The translations under genes and the position numbers were made by a program. The notes beneath the pieces were generated by a model, which saw nothing but the letters and a program-made list of their open reading frames with translations, had not been told where the DNA came from and did no database searches. This document shows positions 58,441 to 64,000 of a stretch of 64,000 nt of DNA, piece by piece (the first letter of the stretch is position 1; each line of letters starts with the position of its first letter). The stretch is from Promethearchaeota archaeon. Lineage in GTDB: Archaea > Asgardarchaeota > Thorarchaeia > Thorarchaeales > Thorarchaeaceae. The stretch lies in NCBI GenBank assembly GCA_048940045.1, contig JBHLOX010000001.1, forward strand, positions 33,598 through 97,597. Reading direction: 5' to 3'.

Positions 58441-61400
58441 CTACTCTATTACCTCAGGCAAGTCCTTCAGCTGTTCAACCGTGTCGACATCATGGGTAAT
58501 CATTATGTAGCTAGTCATACTAGTACTCTCACCAGGCTTCAGAGCACGCCTTTCACGAAGGCCGAAATGCTGAGCTTTCTCACCAAGAGTATCAAGGTAG
58601 AGGAGATTATCCCACTTGTAGGCACTTATGATACCTAGAACTGTGCCATCAGTTGCATTCTCGTAGGCACCCCATCCCTCCCTACCAGCAAATAGTTCAG
58701 ATTCTTGTGAGGTGGGTTCGTGGACAATTCGTTTGTTATCGCGGGTTGTATGGATTGTATTCAAGACTCCTCCACCAGGCGTGGGGATACCTCTGTAGCC
58801 TACAGCGGGTCTCTTCCATTGACCACTACTGTTGAGGGTAGTGAATTCAACACTCATGAGTGGAGTTCCGGGTAGAATGAGGTAACGGAAGGATACACTT
58901 ACTCCCTTCAAACCAGGACTGTGTTGTAACACAGAGGTGGTCTTGAAACCTACCCAGGGTCCAACCTTCTCATTCGAAATGGTCCAAGATTCCTGATGCA
59001 ATGCAGACTCCCAGTCCCAGACATCCATTCCAGCGATAATGGGACTAAGGCCACTGTATACCTTCTCCCACCAGATGAATGGACCAACCTTGGGGAAGGT
59101 GTCGTAGAACACACTCGGTGAGCCCTCTTTGTGGAACCTGACCAACGTGCCTGCATGCTCTGGGCATGCAGCAATTGAATACCCACCCGTACTGATGGTG
59201 TGAAGTGTTACATTCTCCTCCTTTGTCTTTGATCTATCAACTTTCAAGGCAGAATCATAGACAACAGCTGTCAATGCTGTTCTGTGGTTTCGAGTCTTGA
59301 ATTGTACCAGAATCTCCCCATTTCTTCGGAACCAAGACGAATCATCGGTTATGGTTATCTTCAAGGGGTGTGAGAAAGGCTTGTCTATATTGACCTCCGG
59401 GACCTCAATCTTCAGTTCTTTCTCGCCATTGGCGAGAAGTCCATCAGGCATTCTCAATTGAATACTAGCATCAATTGGATCTGCAAATGTAGTCCTCAAA
59501 CGTATTTCGTGATTGTTCGTCTTTGATCGATCAACGATGATAGGAGTCGACACCTTTCGGAGCTGTTTACTTGATTTGGGAGAGATTTCAACCTCGAGGT
59601 CAGACCTGATATCATATACCTCTGTGACTGGTTCGGTGATTCCGTATAGCTTTCTATACAACGATCGCACTTTCCTCCAATCACCATCACCTATGTAGAG
59701 TCGTAGAGGTGTCTTCTGGACTGACTTGCCAGGAGCCAATGTTGATAGACGGTACTCAATTCGTGGAACTTCCATTCCCCTTTTTAGTCTCACTTCCTCA
59801 ATATCTTCAGGATCCCAGATGTAACCCAGAAGGAGTTTCTCTTGATGACGATATGATGCACACCATGTTTCATGATAATCATCTGGTGATTTTGGTATCT
59901 GAGGATAGCCTGACCATTCTATGGATCCAAGATCATAGAGTTGCCCTCTCAATGGGATGATCGCATGCTCAAAGATTCCACCAAACCAGCCAGTAAGACG
60001 CAAGCCAAGGTCTTCTAAGGCTGAGTCGCCAGTATTCTCATATCTCACAATTGTATCGACTAGGTCAGTTCCGCTTTGAATACAATAGGTGACATGGTAC
60101 CTTAGGCCAGGACGTTCAAGTGAATCAGCAGTCATCTGAATCTCAGCATGATCATCTTTGGACTCAAGTAGAATTTCAGGCGTCAATCGACTCCACTCAC
60201 CTCCATCAGAAGAGAATGGATATCCCACCTCTAGACCCATCGCGTGCCGGCCATTTAAAATGCGAGATTGCGACTTGTACTCAAATCTAGTGAATCCTAG
60301 TGCTGGTTGCTGGGCCATCACTCCTCGGATGTTCTCTGTTTCTAGGATGATTCTATTGTCAAGTCCCCTGTACGCTACCGCACCTGTTACTCCAAGTACA
60401 GGAATGCTGAAGTCCTTTTGTTCAACACATGTTTGTGTCCCCTCCTCCTCCAGATAGACCTCAAGACCGATTGTGAGTAGGTGACCAACATCACTCTCAA
60501 GTGATATTGTGACAGGTTCTTCAATTACCGCTCCCTGTGAAAGATTGAATCCAATCTTTTCTGAACTGATTATGACGCCTTTTGGTGCAACCAGAACAAG
60601 CTCTCCTTTGAGATCCATTGATGTGTTGTTGAAGACGCTGATCCTAATCTGCTCAGTCCCGTTTGGTCGAAGGACAGGATGTGTTGGTCCAGAACGAACC
60701 TTGATGGGAGTTGTGGGGATGAGCCCGCTGAAGAGAGATACCTCATCAGACCCAAGTTTCAGAGCCCATTCCACTTGGGTTGGGACCTTCTCATCAGAAT
60801 TTGTTTCCCTACTAATTTCACGAACCCCGCTAGGTATCGAATAGACTCCATTGATAGAGATACTTCCATCAGCAGCCACTGAACCAGATGTGTCATCTTG
60901 GAGTCTGGCTGAGATGTTCTCCGATGGCTCAATATTCACTAAGAATGGCAGTTCGTCTTTTGTCCCATTCTCAATGACCAATTCTACAGGATACTCTCTG
61001 AAGCCGATATAGCCAATATGGGTCTTGGGTTGGACACTAGCGGAGAGTGACTCACCTTCAAGCACAAGCCGAAAGGCGCAGATTCCCTTCGCTTCTCTGT
61101 CTACGGTGACATCAAGTGATTCGCCATTCTCGCCTTCAAAATGGTATTTGAAGACTCCAATACCATCCTCTTTGATGTCGTCAGTTTCCTGTCGAATCTC
61201 GCGTTTGAAGGAGTCATACCAATGATACTTCTCGAAGAATGGTTGAAACAGCTTGTTACCAAGGATTCCAGGGATGTGCGACTCCATTAGAACTCTGGTC
61301 GCAGGCACCCAGTTGTATCCAGTTCTCTTGTAGAGCGGAAGAGCTTTCAGATTCCCTGCCCAAGTGTGAAGATCAATACGTCGCTTTCCAGCCTTAGCAG

Positions 61401-61746
61401 CAGTTTCTGCAGCCTCTATGAGGAGAGCCTTTCCAAATCCTTGTCCTTGAAAGTGTGGATTTACACCTAATAGACCAACATATGCTGCTTCGTTATCACG
61501 GTCAGAATTACACACATTGCAGAAACCCACGACCTTGTCATCTTTGTATGCAACAATCACACGGATGTCCTTGTTTTTCTTCTGAGCATCAAATACTCGC
61601 TCCGCTGTGATGACTGACCCCTCAGTAAAGCCACCAGGCCAACTGTCTGAGTCGTTGAAGGAGTTGAAACACTCAGCCACGCGAGCAGAGTCTTCCATAG
61701 TCAGCTGATAGTCACGAACCTTACCTTGTGTATGTTTGTTAGTCAA
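58441..61746 (-). CDS. Large (1101 aa) protein: N-terminal GNAT acetyltransferase domain plus ~900 aa of unknown beta-rich sequence
   Basis: GNAT block VVGFCNVCNSD...YVGLLGVNPHFQGQGFGKALLIEAAETAAKAGKRRIDLHTWAGNLKALPLYKRTGY. The remainder has no recognisable motif. Confidence 0.75.
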   Translation of the reverse strand: MTNKHTQGKVRDYQLTMEDSARVAECFNSFNDSDSWPGGFTEGSVITAERVFDAQKKNKDIRVIVAYKDDKVVGFCNVCNSDRDNEAAYVGLLGVNPHFQGQGFGKALLIEAAETAAKAGKRRIDLHTWAGNLKALPLYKRTGYNWVPATRVLMESHIPGILGNKLFQPFFEKYHWYDSFKREIRQETDDIKEDGIGVFKYHFEGENGESLDVTVDREAKGICAFRLVLEGESLSASVQPKTHIGYIGFREYPVELVIENGTKDELPFLVNIEPSENISARLQDDTSGSVAADGSISINGVYSIPSGVREISRETNSDEKVPTQVEWALKLGSDEVSLFSGLIPTTPIKVRSGPTHPVLRPNGTEQIRISVFNNTSMDLKGELVLVAPKGVIISSEKIGFNLSQGAVIEEPVTISLESDVGHLLTIGLEVYLEEEGTQTCVEQKDFSIPVLGVTGAVAYRGLDNRIILETENIRGVMAQQPALGFTRFEYKSQSRILNGRHAMGLEVGYPFSSDGGEWSRLTPEILLESKDDHAEIQMTADSLERPGLRYHVTYCIQSGTDLVDTIVRYENTGDSALEDLGLRLTGWFGGIFEHAIIPLRGQLYDLGSIEWSGYPQIPKSPDDYHETWCASYRHQEKLLLGYIWDPEDIEEVRLKRGMEVPRIEYRLSTLAPGKSVQKTPLRLYIGDGDWRKVRSLYRKLYGITEPVTEVYDIRSDLEVEISPKSSKQLRKVSTPIIVDRSKTNNHEIRLRTTFADPIDASIQLRMPDGLLANGEKELKIEVPEVNIDKPFSHPLKITITDDSSWFRRNGEILVQFKTRNHRTALTAVVYDSALKVDRSKTKEENVTLHTISTGGYSIAACPEHAGTLVRFHKEGSPSVFYDTFPKVGPFIWWEKVYSGLSPIIAGMDVWDWESALHQESWTISNEKVGPWVGFKTTSVLQHSPGLKGVSVSFRYLILPGTPLMSVEFTTLNSSGQWKRPAVGYRGIPTPGGGVLNTIHTTRDNKRIVHEPTSQESELFAGREGWGAYENATDGTVLGIISAYKWDNLLYLDTLGEKAQHFGLRERRALKPGESTSMTSYIMITHDVDTVEQLKDLPEVIE

Positions 61747-61819
61747 TTGTGTAATCTCCTCAGAAGGCGTAAGACGACCGTCTAGGATTTGTTAATAAGG
61801 TCTATGGACTGCGTGATAT

Positions 61820-62470
61820 TCATTGATTCTTAACCTGCTCTTCCTTTGCCTTCTTCTCCTTTTCTTCCTCCACCTTTGCTTTGAGAGATTTCTCCACCTC
61901 ATTGTCAAACTCAATGAGGTGTTTGATATCTGAGAATGCAATTTCAATCGGACGTAGGGCAACAAGAACAATCAGCCCCATAACTAGAAGAAATAGGATA
62001 ATCATACCCATCACAGCCCAAAGCACAACCTCGCTTGCCTCACTAATGTTTTCGACGAAAGTGACAACAATGGGGGCTATTGAAAACCATACTACTTGAC
62101 AGACCCCCGTTGAGATATAGCCTGCAATCAGAGCTCCAAAATGATGAATCCGTTTGTACTTTAGAAATCGTTCAAGCTCAAACTCTTGGACCATGAAGTT
62201 TCTTCTCATATAGGGGAGTAACTCCTCTCGATACCAATTCATTCCAACAAGGGATGAATAGAAAAAAGAAGTAACAGCAAGAAGGAGGGGAGTCAACAAA
62301 CCAGTACCGACAAACCATGAATAGGGACCACCTGAAAAACTGAGGATAGAAATTGCTACTCCGAGAACTATGTGAGCAAGAAATACATACTTTTGGTGAG
62401 GGTCTGGCTCGGATGGCTTTAAGTTTGCATGACTGTGGTAAAATTCTTCATCATCAGCTGATGATTCCAC
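61820..62470 (-). CDS. Hypothetical membrane protein with a Lys/Glu-rich C-terminal tail
   Basis: Four hydrophobic helices and the C-terminus KAKVEEEKEKKAKEEQVKNQ. Confidence 0.5.
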   Translation of the reverse strand: MESSADDEEFYHSHANLKPSEPDPHQKYVFLAHIVLGVAISILSFSGGPYSWFVGTGLLTPLLLAVTSFFYSSLVGMNWYREELLPYMRRNFMVQEFELERFLKYKRIHHFGALIAGYISTGVCQVVWFSIAPIVVTFVENISEASEVVLWAVMGMIILFLLVMGLIVLVALRPIEIAFSDIKHLIEFDNEVEKSLKAKVEEEKEKKAKEEQVKNQ

Positions 62471-62637
62471 TTCTATCCCTCCAAGGACTGCATAAAGAGA
62501 TGTTTGAAAACCTATTAACCAATCGCGTGGGTTTATGGTTTCCCTAAATTTACGAAGAAGTGGTATTAGTCAATCTTCTGTTCGAGTGACTTGTATGCTT
62601 GACTTCGAAATCCAGAAACAGGATAGCTGATGAATGT

Positions 62638-62675
62638 AAGAGAAAAAGAAGAGAGGTGAGGGGATTTTCCCCTCA
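62638..62675 (-). terminator. Stem-loop plus T-rich tract downstream of the 62685-63446 gene (minus strand)
   Basis: On the minus strand, tgaggggaaaatcccctca (62657-62675) is followed by cctctcttctttttct. Confidence 0.5.
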
Positions 62676-62684
62676 TTATTCATG

Positions 62685-63446
62685 CTATGTGAAGGTGGCT
62701 GTGATGCCACCTGTTGTTGCTTCAGCGACAACAGTCAATGTCTGTGAGGCCGTGTCATAGTCAGTGGTTTCGTAATGATTCGAAGTGATTTGTGTCCAAC
62801 CTGAAGCTGTGATTTGAACACTACCGACGGTAGTTGCACATTCGACACTACCACCGACACCTGTTGGAAGATCTACTACAATAGCAATACCACCTGTAGT
62901 GGCGTCTAGATCAAAAGTGGCATTTCCAATAAGAACAACATCATCTGTCATCACGAAGGAAATCCCACCGGTTTCTGACTTGATTGAGAGATCTCCGACA
63001 TGCGCACCATCGACTAGTTCAACATCGACACCGCCAGTCGCTACATCAACATCAAAGGTATAGTTGAGACCACTACCGAGTGTGATGTTCACACCTGCGG
63101 CTGTATAGTCAAGTCCAATCGTGTTACTCGTAAAGGTGACTGATGGATTTCCATCCCTCTGCAGAGTGTTATTCTGAACTTCCATATCTATGTTGTATAG
63201 CAATGTAGCATCATCAACGAATGTTATTGTGACACCGCCTACATCCAGGTCAATGTCCAAGGTTACCGTACCAGTGGTGGCTCCGACCTCTGCATCGAAA
63301 TGGAAGTCGGTACTGGCTGTATTCCAGTTAAACCAGTTAGCTCCATAGAAGGATAATGCTCCTACAGCAATGGCTCCAACGATTATAACTGCAAATATAC
63401 ACACAACCATGCTTGTGTTTCTTTGATAGTTACTCATTTCATACAC
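62685..63446 (-). CDS. Membrane-anchored beta-rich protein with repeated T-G-G-I/V strands (DUF4097 / putative-adhesin-like)
   Basis: N-terminal TM helix and a recurring motif: VGGVTITF, TGGVDVEL, TGGISFVM, TGGIAIVV, TGGITATF. Confidence 0.55.
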   Translation of the reverse strand: MYEMSNYQRNTSMVVCIFAVIIVGAIAVGALSFYGANWFNWNTASTDFHFDAEVGATTGTVTLDIDLDVGGVTITFVDDATLLYNIDMEVQNNTLQRDGNPSVTFTSNTIGLDYTAAGVNITLGSGLNYTFDVDVATGGVDVELVDGAHVGDLSIKSETGGISFVMTDDVVLIGNATFDLDATTGGIAIVVDLPTGVGGSVECATTVGSVQITASGWTQITSNHYETTDYDTASQTLTVVAEATTGGITATFT

Positions 63447-63990
63447 CTTTTCTGTGAGACCTTAGAAATGCGTGCCATTTCGACCTGAGGTCTCTATACT
63501 GCGAATCTTCTTCCAGAGCAAAGCGACGCATGATCCGCGAAGCATCGCCTCGTACTGAGGATGGTAGTTTGTCAAGACCTTCCTCATTCACGATAAGATT
63601 CCGAGAACTGACTTCGTTCTCGTGATCTATCAACGCCGTCATTAGTTCCATGCCTTTCTCAACCTGATCCTCTGGAACATCAATGCCATAGACTGAGAGG
63701 CTTCTAATTATGGATTTCAGGCGTTTTGTAGTGTCATCCCCAGTGGCTTGTACCATTTCACTGATACCCATCCGGTACTCACGAGCAGATGCACGGTAGT
63801 ACCTCTGGACGATGCCAGTCTGGGTCTGTTCAGTTCGTTCTTCAAAGACAAGACCGACTTCCTTCAACTTCTGAATATGGTGAAGGATAGTTCCAGGGTT
63901 CTTGCCCGTTACTTCTGAAAGCTGTTTGACTGTCATTGAATCTTTCACGAGATAGTCAAAGATTATCTTGGCTCGGGTTGGCTCCATCAA
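63439..63990 (-). CDS. ArsR-family winged-HTH transcriptional regulator with a C-terminal extension
   Basis: MTVKQLSEVTGKNPGTILHHIQKLKEVGLVFEE is an ArsR-type recognition helix. The gene overlaps the downstream DUF4097-like gene by 8 nt. Confidence 0.7.
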   Translation of the reverse strand: MMEPTRAKIIFDYLVKDSMTVKQLSEVTGKNPGTILHHIQKLKEVGLVFEERTEQTQTGIVQRYYRASAREYRMGISEMVQATGDDTTKRLKSIIRSLSVYGIDVPEDQVEKGMELMTALIDHENEVSSRNLIVNEEGLDKLPSSVRGDASRIMRRFALEEDSQYRDLRSKWHAFLRSHRKGV

Positions 63991-64000
63991 TAGCTTAATC

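Overview
The window looks like a chromosomal segment of an archaeon, most likely an Asgard (Thor-like) lineage. This assignment is an inference from gene content. Archaeal hallmarks are present: a ThrRS-type editing domain, a geranylgeranyl-reductase family protein, TrmB- and Lrp/AsnC-type regulators, and the 2-oxoacid:ferredoxin oxidoreductase operons iorAB and porGDAB. They sit beside several eukaryote-like signature proteins: a Rab/Ras-like small GTPase fused to a 7-bladed FG-GAP propeller, a gelsolin-like domain protein, a longin/roadblock-like protein, a Vps62-like protein, and integrin-like FG-GAP plus thrombospondin-type-3 repeats. Coding density is high on both strands. I recognised no rRNA, tRNA, CRISPR array, transposase or integrase.

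The most unusual region is 39.4-56.3 kb. It holds a translationally coupled operon: an ABC-2 permease, two different ABC ATPases (one with an unknown ~260-aa N-terminal domain), a 1462-aa membrane-anchored subtilase-like protein whose catalytic Ser and oxyanion Asn are substituted, and a 2273-aa type-I protein (FG-GAP propeller, huge TSP3 calcium-binding array, TM, cytoplasmic beta-rich tail). A secreted beta-helix protein and small membrane ORFs follow. An exact 14-nt motif recurs at the 3' ends of three consecutive genes there.

Other notable items:
- a bacterial-type ACP/FkbH/AcpS carrier-protein module;
- a free-standing ThrRS editing domain;
- three tandem TrmB-like paralogs;
- a GC-rich structured intergenic element.

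All functional calls rest on motif recognition by eye; no database search was run.
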